From contig OZ316895.1 of assembly GCA_973895155.1 (NCBI GenBank), forward strand, positions 8,854,184 to 8,918,183: a stretch of 64,000 bases of DNA, written 5' to 3'. The notes beneath the pieces were generated by a model. That model was not told the origin of the DNA and ran no database searches. It saw only the letters and a list, made by a program, of their open reading frames with translations. The stretch comes from Marsupella aquatica. Its lineage: Eukaryota > Plantae > Marchantiophyta. Of the stretch, positions 39,645-52,139 are shown in pieces. Position 1 is the first letter of the stretch; the number at the start of each line of letters is the position of its first letter. The position numbers were made by a program, and so were the translations under genes.

Positions 39645-39956
39645 TAATTTTTATGTTTTTGTCTTGAAAAGGCAAAGTTGACTCATCCAACATAGGATAG
39701 ACGATGAACTCCGGAGCATGCACTTTTGTAAGGTAGCCCACAAGGGGGGTCATACCCAGGACCAGGAGGGAGAGAGGGTTGGACCAGAGCCCCGAACGGA
39801 CCAACCAGGGGCTGAAGAGAAACCAGGACTCCCACTGCTACACCCCACCCGCACACACTCACTCTCCACAACCATTGCATGTGGAGTGGGGATTGAATCT
39901 GGGACTTCTCAGTGGTAGGCTCATCCCCTACCCAAGTGACCAAAGCCGGTTGGTTG
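39645..39956 (-). mobile_element. tRNA-derived SINE (~310 bp)
   Basis: Minus strand has an A-box-like TGGTCACTTGGGTAG, a B-box-like GATTCAATCCC and an A-rich tail. A second family member lies at 14001-14290. Confidence 0.75.
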
Positions 39957-40764
39957 AAGGTCCTCATTTTTTGATGTGTTTGATGGGGCTTGAGTCATGG
40001 GCCCCCATGTCAGAATGCTTTATTTGTTACTAAGAAGTGTAATATTGGTCAGCCAGATTGGTTTTGCCAGTATGACACATGTCTTGGTCAGTTTATTCAA
40101 TTTGTGAAAAAGGACGTTTAAAAACTACCTTTGGTCAATTTTGTGAAGCCATAAGCAATTTAGTGAGTTCAGGTTTCCATGCATGTGCATCTCTTGCGTT
40201 TTTGGATAGTACTTGCCATTTGATTGGCATCACTAGCCCTCCAAATATTGCAATTCAAAACTTGTGGGTAAGTGGATTGCTACCAGTTTGAAAAGGAAAT
40301 AGTGGCCTTAGCTTGGGCCTGTATTCATGGTTTCTACAGCTCACAAAAATATGACCAAAAAAACATCAAAGGAGACACATAAGTTGACCCTTCAGGTTTT
40401 TGACAAAAGTAAGGACAAGAATAACTGTGCTAATGACCTCCAAGAGCACCTCAGACAAAGTCCCCCACTCAATTTGGAAGCATTATCCTTGGGACCCTGA
40501 GGTGCCTTGCATATTCATTTTTGGGGAATTTAAATCGGATTTTGAAGGCAAACAAATGTAAACTTTCATAAATCTCACTGATCTTTGCAGTATACAACAA
40601 GTTATGGCTTTTGTCTCATACATGACTATATACAGTATCAAAGGTGGACTGCAAGAATGACTAAATTTACACTATTACATAACATTTGAGCTTTCATGTT
40701 TCTCCCTTTGAAGATTGATCTCTTGTCATGTGTCCTGTAGAATATTGTTCACCCTTATGTTCAT

Positions 40765-42213
40765 GTAAGGGGTGACTTTCTAATTCCCGGGATCTATTGT
40801 TTGAGATAGTTTCTGTATATCTTATAGCAAATCCTCAAAAGGTGCACCTTCAAGAAGTGTGCGAGGAGGTGGACTGCAAGATGGCACAGGCAGGGCAGCG
40901 GAGCCCACAAGGGTGGGCAAGGCACAAAGGATTTACTAGGAGAGAAAGAAGAAGACTGGTTCACCTTCTTGTGACGAAAAAAGCTCTTTGCTCACGGACT
41001 TGATTATGAAGTCAGTACCATGGTTGGGAAAGGGTGGTCAGCATCCCAGTTATGGTATTGCAACTAACCAAACCAACAACCAAAGAGCATGGAACAAAAG
41101 AGACTGATGTACCAGGGATCCAAGGACCATAGGACTGTGGTACCCAAAGGATTCCCAGAAAGGTACTGATTGTGAGGTAAGTACCAAACCAGGATGATGA
41201 CCACCCTTTCTTAACCACAGTACTGACTGCACAACAAGAGGTCCAGTACCAACCACAGTACCAACAACCAAAGATCAGGAAGGATAGAGACCGATGTAAC
41301 CACGAAGGGTGAGGTACTGCGGCAGTTTTGCATCAATCCCAAACTAAGGTACAGTACTGGTACTGTGGATTCTGCTAACCACTGCTTACTCTAGTACAAA
41401 CTGCAGTAAAGTACAATGAGTGTATTATATTATACATGCCGGTTATTACTCTTCCCAGGTACTGTAGGATAGAGTAAACTTACGGCTACTATTTGTTAAG
41501 ATTATTTTTCTGGTTGGGTACTTAGCATGATATACTATAAAGACTTTAGAGACTTAGTAAATGAAAAACGTCACCTCCAACCCATTCATTGTTAGATTAT
41601 TATTAGTTTTGTTACTATTGTAGATCTGTATTTCGGAGGCACTGCACACATTTGACTTCCCATTTGGGTTTGTTGGGAGGTTTACTAGTAGAGTCTAGCA
41701 GGTTCACTCAATAAATACATAATTTTTGAAAAGTTGAATCCCTGGGACAGAATTTTAGGTAGTGTTTGTTAAACCATGCTTGTGGTACAAGATCCTCTGG
41801 AGGGCTCTGGGTTACCGGGAGGGCTCATTAAAGAATTCCTCCTCCAGCGGACGAGCAGAGCACCTTGGCCTCCCAATAGTTATAGGATTTCCACTCACCC
41901 GTGTGCCTACTCTCAACCACTTGATGCAATCAAGCGCTCAAACAAAAACTGTAGTCTCTCACCTTCTTTGGACACTTTAGTTGCAAGTCCTGAAAACGTA
42001 TTTCTTTGCAGTTCCCTGTTCTTCACAACTTTATTACCTATGTAGATAGATTGGGCCTTCTACCGTTGGATTTTTTCATTTAAATAAATCTAATTCAGTT
42101 TTGGTATGCTCAACGTCAATCCCCTGACCATTTGATTTGTTCCCTGTTGTCTATCCTGACCAGATTAGATTATAATAAGTTGTGGATTAAACACTGATTT
42201 TTATGTCAAACAC
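40765..42213 (+). mobile_element. Possible degenerate LTR plus adjoining internal sequence
   Basis: PPT-like AAGGGGGTGA at ~40767, TATA-like CTATAAAG at ~41536, AATAAA at ~41710, ...AAACCA at ~41777 followed by PBS-like TGGTAC. No TSD or coding remnant was found. Confidence 0.3.
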
Positions 42214-42432
42214 TGAGGTGAGTGCAAGATTTGGAGGTGAGAGCAAGATGTTGAGTTGAGGGCAAGATTTGTAAGTGAGGGCAAGATATCGAGGTGGTGC
42301 AAGATTTGGAGGTGAGAGCAAGATGTCACAGTGAGGGCAAGATGTCAAAGTGAGAGCAGGATATCGAGGTGAGGGCAAGATGTCCAGATGAGAGCTAGAT
42401 GTCGAGGTGAGGGTAAGATTTTGAGGCGAGGC
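42214..42432. repeat. 19-bp minisatellite (gaggtgagggcaagatgtc-like), ~11 units
   Basis: Direct reading; related to the arrays at 53791-54500 and 54793-55310. Confidence 0.9.
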
Positions 42433-45400
42433 AAACATTGTCGTGCATTGCAAAGTAACTTATTATTCAAGCAAAAAGTCAAAGAGATTAATACAAAAGT
42501 GTACAATATTTATTCAGGTGTTCAATAAAGAACCTCATCATATACAACATTTTTTGTCAACTTTGCTTGACCCTCCTCGGAATCTGAAAGTAAAATCTTG
42601 ATAGTTGTAGGTGATGTTGCCCTTGAGAATGCTACATACAACTGTCCATGACTAAATACAGGCTTTGAAAGCTGCAACCCTACATGTTCTAAAGTCTGAC
42701 CTTGAGCCTTGTTTATGGTCATTGCATATGCCACTCGAGTTGGAAATTGGACCCTATGTAATAAGAAAGGAAGTGACTCGTCAGATGTCAACGGAATCCG
42801 TGGGATAAATGTAAGGGTCTTTGCATGTTTTCTTGCAAGAACACGTGCCTCAATGACACGACGATTCATTGCTCTCACAATTAACCGAGTTCCATTACAC
42901 AACCCCAAAGAGTGATCTATATTCCTAAGTAAAATGATAGGGCATCCAACCTTCAGTACCAACTTATGAGGCGGCAGACCACTCGGCGTGAGCATATTCA
43001 AGAACTCCGTAGGGTAGAAATTTTTCCCTTCGAGCTGATCTGGACAATCAACGCTAAAAAACTCACTTGATTCCTCGGGAAGTCCTTCTAAGATAGAGTC
43101 GTTAATTTTTAGTGTCTCGTCATTTGTCGGCGCCAGAATAGTTCTCTCACTTAAGTCATCCACATTAGCAAGAGTCGGGTATATTGCCTGAATCAATGAT
43201 TCCACACGTCCTCCATCCACCACCATAGACTCAGGGCGAGTAATAAGATTATTTGAAGGCCCTCCTTTTGGGAGTTTATCATCGCCCAATTGTAGTAGCC
43301 ACTCTGCAAATGTAACATTACCAAATTCAGGAGATGCGTTAGTTCCTCTTGCCCGCATATTTTCAGTTAGCTTCAAAGTCCCTATACTACTCCACACATA
43401 AGACTTCTTCAAACACGACCCCACAATCTCTGGACGACTTGCCCTTGCCTTCACTGGAAGCACTTGTCAAAAATCACCTGCAAATACAACTACAACCCCT
43501 CCAAAGATTCGGTCATTATCTCGTATGTTGCGTAAAGTTCTATCCAACACCTCCACTCCATGCCGATGGATCATGGGTGCTTCGTCCCACAAAATAAAAG
43601 TTGCCCTCCGCAATAATCCAGCAAGGTCAGATTGTTTTTGGATGCCGCATGTTGATGTCGAGATTGGTTTCAATGGTAGCTTGAATCTTGAGTGTGCGGT
43701 GCGACCTCCATCTAACAAAAGACTTGCAATACCCGAGGAAGCTACGGCCAATGCAACATCCCCATCTGCACGGACTCTCCGAAGTAGAACATTCTCCACA
43801 AATGTTTTGCCTGTCCCCCCTGGTCCATCAATAAAAAATGTCCCTCCATCTCGAGCCCTCACTGCTGCAAGTATTGTAGTGTATGTTGCCCTTTGACCCT
43901 CGTTCAACAATGGCTCTTGCTCTGCAAGTTGTTGTAGAAGTACATCCATTGGATAACATGTCTCCTCTCTTATCAACCGGTTTCTATTTTCTTCCTCTTG
44001 GAAAAAATCCATACCTGGTTCCGGAAGACCAAACTTCAACAATGTTTTACCCACACTTTTCAAAGCCTCATCCATCAAATGTAGAGCAAAGCTTTGTTGT
44101 TGTTGCTCCATAGAATCTAAGAAGCCCATCAATTGCAAACGATATCTACAATCATCACTCAAATTGGATGCATGTTGTGCCCATAGGTCGCAAGGTTTGG
44201 CAACACCTCCAAACAACAATATTGTAATAAATAGTTGTCGTATTTGCGCACCGGTGTGCATGCTTGCCGCTTCTTGAAGGCATCTATCCCACTCCTCATC
44301 GTTCTCATACAAACCCCTTGCAAGAGCCGCTGCTTGAAAGGTGGGGTATACAGTGCCCTCAAAAGTGCGAAGGTCAATGAATGATGTTGCACCTTTGATG
44401 TGAAGAAGAAGCGTTCTCAAATAGTACCGTTCACCCGCGGCTGGCGGCACAAAATACATCCTGCCAATGCTAAACCCTTTTCTTCGTGGGTTCCATGCAC
44501 GGGAGGACGTATCCCATACAAACTCACGGGGGAAATTGCTATAGAGAAGTTGTTTTGCCCGTTCATGCAAAGTATTAGCTCTAAACCACCCTGTGAGGGT
44601 TGTGTCCTTATGAGATTCTCGTTGAACCACATCATTGATGTTAGAATCCTCATTGAACATTATAGATTGTTCCCCCTCACAACGAACTTGCAGCCGTTGC
44701 ACCGAAGTAGTACTCTCAGACATTTCAAACTGGTTAATGCGCCATACTCCCTCAGCAGCAGACACATATCTGGCATCTAAGTGCTCCTTCACTTCATCTC
44801 ATTGCTCCACCTCAACCATTGCCTTATCATGCCCTTTATAACAGTATTTGTATAAATACTTGATTGCTTTAATAGAGCAACAAATCTCCACATTGATATG
44901 GGCATTGAATCTCATGCTCAAATATGGACTATGAGGAACAACCCACCTATTGTCAAACTTAAACCCACTTCGGTCTTTTGAGAAATTGCGGCCATCATCC
45001 CGACGTTGATACATAGGATACCCATCATCTCCAAAAACTGTTTTGGTTGAGAATGATCGTGGATAGCCCTTGCTGCACTTCCCGTCGACCATGCAAGGTG
45101 AGTTTGGATATCCACGACCGCATGGACCATGGACCATGGACTTCATAATAGTTTGATATAATTGTGGATGTATTCGTGCGTCCGGTATCTCCGCCGAAAC
45201 CAATTGATCAACCAACTCTGGAGTGCGTAACTTATGTCGTTCCACCAATGTTATGAGAATGTGAGCGTGCGGCAGACCCCTCTTCTGAAATTCAATGACA
45301 TACATAGAGGCAATAGGTCTACCCAATACCCCTGCCCGAATATCCGCCAACAGGGCCTTCAACTTAAGTTTGAACACTCTCGCCACAATGTCATCGCGGT

Positions 45401-46723
45401 CGGCCGGGGTCTGGTAGGGGAAGCACTCCACTTTGATTTCAGGCCATTCAGGATTGCACGTAAAAGTTGTGAAAAGGTTAGGAGGCCCGTATGTTCGAAC
45501 AACCGCCATGGCATCCTGATAGGCCTGCATCATATGTCGTGCACTACCCCCATATGTGGACGGCAAAATGTAGGTCCTACCCACATTGCTTGCTTGTGCA
45601 TCCCCGTCTTGAACTGCATCTTGTAGCCCTTGATATAACTCGGTCCTTAGCTTTTTCTGATTGTTCCGAATATATGTGAGGCGTGTCTGGTCTATACACG
45701 CATATGCATCCACAATAAATTGCTTCAGCAATCTTCCTCCATGAAGCCCCGCATGAAGCAGCCAATCATCTTCCCGCCTTGCATGTAACATATACGCATA
45801 GTATTGAAGTTGGGTCACCTTCTTAGAACCATTTCGTCCACCCCTGGCTCCTGGTTCAATAGCCACAATGACCCCATCCTGGAATTGTGCCCCGCCAACG
45901 GGATGTCATAAGACCATCCATCCTGTCCGTGAGGAAAGAGTAAAACATAATGGAGCGGGGCATAGGACCTATACCACTCGGAAATCCGTTGTAGGCCACC
46001 ATTCCTCTTCCTTAGGATTATATCCCTCCCACATGTTTCAATATCCTCATCTCCAACCATTATCACGCCAATTTCATCTGCCATCGGTTTATTGTAGCGC
46101 CTGGGGTCTGTATCCCGCTCAGCTACAATACGTAGCGATACGTCTGGCACCTCAGTGTCGTCAATGCAGCTCCCTGCATTTTTTAAGACCCTCACATATG
46201 GATTGTACGTATGCAACATCTCTTGCAAGGAAGCAAACACCGCCTGATCCAATTGTGGCATCCTATTCATCCTGGAACCCAAGAAAAAACCATAAGACAC
46301 AACTTATTGCAAAGATCATGTAACATCAAAGGAATATCAAATAAGTTGCACATGTTAATTACTTGTTCCCCAACTCATTCCCTGTGTCATGAATATAGAG
46401 TTGAGCAAACTTTGGCCCTGCTCCATCAGGAGGCAAGAGGCTACCGGCACGATGATATAATGCTCCTTGGATACGAAAGGAGTATGGGCCATGATTGCCA
46501 CCCCTTTCATCAATTTTAACACCTAGGGAGGTAAATGCTAGGGCATTGTTGTAGCCTCAAATATTCTTCCTGAATGCTATTGCTGCGGCATTGGTACCAA
46601 TCAGCAAGCCTCGAAGCGGCTCAGGAGGAGCACCAAGCGGGGGCAATCTCACTTTCCCGTCGGCGCAACACATGGTGAAGCACGGGTTGCGTTGTGTTCC
46701 TGACTTGCACTCTTCCATCCAAT

Positions 46724-49700
46724 TGTAGCAAGGTGATAAAGAGATAAATGACTATTTATTCCTTAACAACTCGATTTCGTTCCCGTTAGGAGTGGATAAG
46801 ATCGAAAAGACTGAATTAACACAATTTGAGAAGTTTACACCAACATTCTTAGGTTGGAGAGATTTCTAATGATCTCCTTAACATAAGTGTTTAACCACAA
46901 ACTCAAGTGGGTAATCCTTAGGATTCACAGTGCAATAATAAAGACTAGAATTAACAAAGATTGAAACTAGAGAGAGAGTAGATAGGAGTTTTCAAAGTGC
47001 AAGGGAATTGAATTTCTGACCATCACCACTCTTTCAATAAGGATTATGGCCTAATTTAAGATTCAGAAATCAACATTTTCTATGCTTTTTGATTTCTCGT
47101 AGCAACTCTTCTCCATCTATTGAATTTAGAAGACAACAATGTAAATCAACCCGGGACACCTTTCGGGTCTTGTTAAGGACGGTACTCGGATACTCGAATT
47201 GGCTTACTTCTCCTACAATCCTTAAGATTGCTTGTTTGAGTTTTGTGCAAATGTCAATTTCCTCTTTGGTGAATCTTCCAAATGTATTGATCACAAATCT
47301 CATTGATCTTTCAATATCATTAAGGCACACTCTAGCATTCATTGAATACTTCACAACAACTCAAGGGTTGCTAAACTTCTTCCTTTTACTCAACCATGGT
47401 AAAAAGAAGGGAAGAAAGACATAGATTCCTTCAAAGGCAATGAGGAAATCAAATGTATATTTTCTCTCCCCAGGTTGACTTTGGGTTCTCCTCCTTTTGT
47501 ACTAAAAGTGGAGATTATGAAAAGACATGCCTCTTCAAAACCCAAGTCTAAAGAAATATGTAAATAAAAGTGAACTATCCTAGTCAAAAATGGAGTAGAG
47601 TCTCCAATGAATACATCAACAAAATACTGGAGTCTACTTACTCATATACTAGTCTATATAGTTATTTCTAAGTCTAAACTAATGTGGCTCTAACTCTCTA
47701 AATATAACTCTATTCTGGTCCTAGCTTTTGGGAAGGAACCTCCTCAGGGTTAGCCATGGCAAGGGGTTCTGGTCGAAGGAAAACTCCCTGCTGGCCAGTG
47801 GTAAAAGGGATGGATGGGTCAATATCCATGTTCTCCTGATGGGCACTTGGGTCATGAGAATAAGTGTAAGAATGGGAGTGGAAGTGGGTACTGGGAGTGG
47901 GGAAACCATGAGGGTTGAGGGGTGATGAGGGGCCAGTGGAATAGACTCCTTCATGAGGACTAGGAGAGAAAGATCTGGTAGTAAAGGGAGGAATCTCAGT
48001 ATCAGCTAATAGCTCCTCTGTAGTCAAGTCACTCATCTCCCTTAAGGCTTCACAGATCTTTGAGAGGCCTGTAAGTGCATCATCCACCTTGGTACTCACA
48101 TCTACCACTAAATGGTTAATCTTGGAGAAAAGGATGGGTGTGGTGTTCTTGGCCAAATACTCATCATAAATTTGGGCCTTAAGAAGATCCAGAGAAGCTA
48201 TCTCAGTCAAAGGCTCAATCAGATCCAAAGATTGAGTGATACTAAGTTGGAGAGTATGCTCAAGCTCATTCTTCTTCTTACTCCTTTCCAACTATTGTTT
48301 GAGTTCAGATACCTTCTTCTTGAGGAACTCATTCTCCTTCTCTAACTTCCTCTTATCTGTGGTATCACTCATGGTGGAGATCTTCTCAAGAATCTGCCCT
48401 GGTTTCACTCCTAACTTCTGAGAAATGTCAGTGATGGCCTTCTCCATCACAGTGGTCTTCCTCTTCACCTTCTCGAATGTGTCTGAGATGATCTGGAAAT
48501 CAGCTAGGGTGTATAGGGAGGCATGGCCGGGTGCATCCGGAAATTCAGTCGGGTCGATGAAGGCTGGGTCGGAAAAGTCCGGGTCGAGGTTCCGGGCAAC
48601 AGACCGGGTCTTTCGAGGATTTGTCTCTGCTGGTTTCTCATCCTCACTGTCATCAGAGGTGGCCTGGGTGATATCTGGATCTGTCTCTCCATACTTTATG
48701 AAGTTGAACTTGGCCAATAGTAATTTCTTCTCCTCTCTGAACAAAACTCCTTCAAAGCTATATAGATGTACCAGGTAGCAGGAGAGGGGAGTAGGACTCC
48801 TGTTGGATAGGTTCTGTACCAACTTCCTTATCAAATCAAAGATAAGCTTAGCCCAGTTGACTTTTCTTTCTCCCTTGTAAGCAACAACAATGGTAGAGCC
48901 AACTCCAACATTAACTCTTCTTGGCTTCTCAGGGTACAACAGGGGTAGCAAAAAGCTGAAGACTCGTCTCAGATCAGGATCCAAACACTTAGAAACATTG
49001 AACCCGTCCTTACTGTTGATGGCTCCTTTGAAGTAAGGAAGGATTAGGTTGACAGCTCTCCCCACTGGACCTTCTCCTTCATCTTCCAATACAAAATCTC
49101 CGATCCTACAATCATCATCTGAGTCCATCGTTCAGGTCGGCCTCTGGAGGTATCCTTAAACTCAGTCGGATACTCCTTGGATTGGATCTCTCTAATCATA
49201 TCTTCACTCTGATAACTCCAGGGTAGCTCCATCAGAGACTCACAGCCCATCCTGAGCAAAGACTCCCTCAGTTTGACCTTCTCAGCTTCACTGTCCGGAA
49301 TAGCTGGCCTCAGAATTTTCATGGCAATAGGGACCTCCTTTCTCTTTGATCGTCTCACAGGGGCTTTAACCGGAGTAGGTGCAGGTGATGTTGAGGTTGA
49401 ATGCCCCTTAGAGACACGAGAAGTGGACATTCCGGCTGGATCCACCCCTTGCTCCATAGGATTTCTGGAAGCAAAAAATTGATTTCTGGTAAATGTTCTG
49501 CCTCCTCTACGGCAAGTTCTACAATGATGCGACTTCAGAATGTTCAATCTCTTCGATGTTGACCACTGGTAGAAATGTCTGGGTCGACCTGGCCGCAACG
49601 TTTCTGATCAACTGAAAATCGTTTCGGAAGAATTGCATCAAGATTTCGTCAACCACAATGCAGGGTCATCTAACGTGGGGAAAATCTGGACTCAATCGGG

Positions 49701-50326
49701 CCTGAAATGGTGATGTCCGGGTCGACCTAGCCTCCCTTCTCACAACCGATGTATTCACGATCAGGATCTCAAACTTCCTGCCTTCACTTCCACCGGTGGA
49801 GTAGGCATTCCCCTCATAACGAATCAGTCAGTACCCTCATATCCAGGCTCTCATCATGCAATGCAAGATTGGTCCTATAATCCGGACCCAAGATCATCTA
49901 CCAAAAGGGTAGAGCCTCCTCACTCTACTACTTAAACAGCCTAATGCGCTCGGAAGCTCAAAACCTACTAAGTTCGGCTTTGAGAGGTGTGAGAGGCTGG
50001 ATCAACTCTCCTTCCTTATATCCGGATTCTGCTGTGGTCGTGCCTGTGTTTGACTTATGGTTTTAAAAACTTTTGCTATGGACAGCTGTTGTTTAGTAGA
50101 GTCTCGGTACAAACTTTATATCTCATTCAAGGCTTATAGTAAAAAGTTCTGGGTCGATCCTCCTTCTCTAATATCAATCCGGGTTGACCTCAGATCAGCT
50201 TGAAAGTCTCATAACACTTCAAAGTAGTCTTCAGGTCCCTCTTCAGCCTTATTTAAGATCTTAAACGTAAAAATTCTAAAATTTATGGTTAGTTAACCCT
50301 TCTTTCATAAACATCCTTATCTCACA
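46724..50326 (-). mobile_element. 3.6-kb TG...CA insertion with 5-bp TSD (probable giant solo LTR)
   Basis: CCAAT|TGTAGCAAGG...CCTTATCTCACA|CCAAT (TSD 46719-46723 and 50327-50331). Removing it restores the RepHel frame ALHW-MEE. No internal direct repeats, PBS/PPT or gag-pol motifs were seen. Confidence 0.85.
47710..49457 (-). pseudogene. ~580-codon TE accessory ORF inside the solo-LTR-like element (frameshift ~49130, in-frame TAG at 48292-48294)
   Basis: Three adjoining ORFs join into MEQGV...LMELPW...RGRPERW / ...FLLPLLYPEKP...KVNWAKLIFD...TPLSCYLVHLY, then a coiled coil and a P/S/H-rich tail. It is reminiscent of plant retrotransposon-associated accessory proteins; the family is not confirmed. 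Confidence 0.65.
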
Positions 50327-52139
50327 CCAATGAAGCGCTTTACATTGTGGGCACTCGATGTTCATTTGCCCCAAAAGATGTCAACCCATTGTAGGGTCCA
50401 AAGGTTGCCTTGCCTTTGGCAACTGTTGGATCTCTTCTAATCTTTGACGCTCCCGCAATACGTCATCTGGATTGAGTTGAGCTGGGGTAACTGGTGCCAG
50501 GTTTGTGCCTCCCATTTCCTCTTGAAGGATATTCTCGATCTCGTCCTCATCATATTTGTTTGGCAAATCCAAGGTGCCCTCAACAAATGTGTCAAATTGA
50601 CCTCCTCCATCATCAAGGATAGGATTTTCCCCCTTGTGCAGAGCACCATCAATGAGCCAATCTTCATCAAAGATGTTAGGGTCAGACCTTTCATTGTTTG
50701 GTATGGATTCACAGGGAATGGGGATAGCCAAAGGGGCAACCCCATCTTGTAGAGCGCCATGAATGAGCCATCCCTCATCAAAGACATCTACATGTTGTGA
50801 CACAGTGTTGGTTATGGGCTCGCATGGTGGGGGAATGGCAAATTCCTCTGGAGGCTGGTCAACCCTACATGCATCCAAGGCACCATCAATGAGCCAACCT
50901 TCATCAAACATGGGAGGGTCAGATGAAACGGTCACGGATATTGCACTTGGGGCAACCTCTCGGCTGTCATTGATAGCAATGGATCTGGCCAAGGCTTGTT
51001 GAGTAGCCCTGGCTTCACGGCAAAGCTCCCTTCCACTATTTGCGCGGGCAGATGCCAAAGTTGATCCTAAACTTGCCCCTGCAAGGGAGAGCAACGGTCT
51101 CGCCAACGGTGTTGTTGGATTTTGTTGTGGTGCCCTTGCTTTGCGCCGTAGTTGTTGACCACTAACTCTATGGGCAGGTGGCACACTTGGCACCACACTT
51201 GAACCACTTGGTTGTGGTGCCAAAATTGCCACACTTGGTTCCAGCACCGGGGAACCCATAGTTGGTGTGGCACTTGGTTGTGGCAACGCATGGACTTGAG
51301 CCCCCTCTTGCAATCGTCGTTGAGCATATTGTTGCCGACGCCTTGCATTTATTGCTTCCTTATTTTGGGCATGACACTCACGATCAGCTTGAGTTCCAGC
51401 CTCTCCCTTGGGGTTCTCATGGTGCAAACACTCTCAAAACCCGTCCATCATCTGCATCCAACCCACAAAACATATGAGGATTTTTTATGCACCCCCAATC
51501 AAGCTCGACAGACTTCTAAGTATCTTGAACGCCGGTTGGGCCACACCCTATGCAAGAGACCCGAGACATGTGAGGGGACCCAATATCCGTCGAGGATACT
51601 GCTTACCACAATCCCTCGTCTCACCCTCCCAACCTTGGTGGCGATCATCGTGGTTCCGGGATGTCTCTTGCCCCTATGGTATCCCTTGGTATTCACTAAG
51701 CCAAAATGTCACTAAGGCCCAATAAAATGTCCAAAAGTATCCGGACAATCCTATGTCCGTCACCCATCCCTGTGTCCGTCACCCATGGGAGGTGTCCATT
51801 CCATTCCATTTGTCCAAAACAAACATAGGGGACCCTACAAAAATACTCCATCCTCGTGTGAGGGTTGCCCATTGCCATCGCCGTCACCCATGGGTCATCG
51901 CTGCCACCACTTCCCATCATTGCCAATACGCATCTCATTGCCTCGAAAGCCTTAGTCCCCTTATGTATACTTCTGGGGTCCTGCCACCCCCGGACCACAT
52001 TTAGCGGCAAAATGTTGGCCCCCAACCCCAAAAGTACTCATCATGCCATCGGTGCAGTCGCACTACAAAGTCATTAATTTAGTTTCACGCATCAAATATT
52101 GGCCCTGGTGAACCGTGGGCCTCACTAATTCAACGGCCT

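Larger units (their letters stand above)
42522..51427 (-). pseudogene. Helitron Rep/Helicase (HUH endonuclease + PIF1 helicase), disrupted
   Basis: Zn-finger CPQCKALHW|MEE...MCCADGKVRLPP is split by the 46724-50326 insertion. HUH motifs: LFTTFTCNPEW, VIEFQKRGLPHAHIL, KYLYKYCYKGHD. PIF1 motifs: DGPGGTGKT, WDEAPM, GDF*Q, MTINKAQGQT, HGQLYVAFSR. In-frame TGA stops at 50381, 46557, 44799 and 43467, a frameshift at ~45870, and a GT-AG intron at 46362-46272. Confidence 0.93.
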
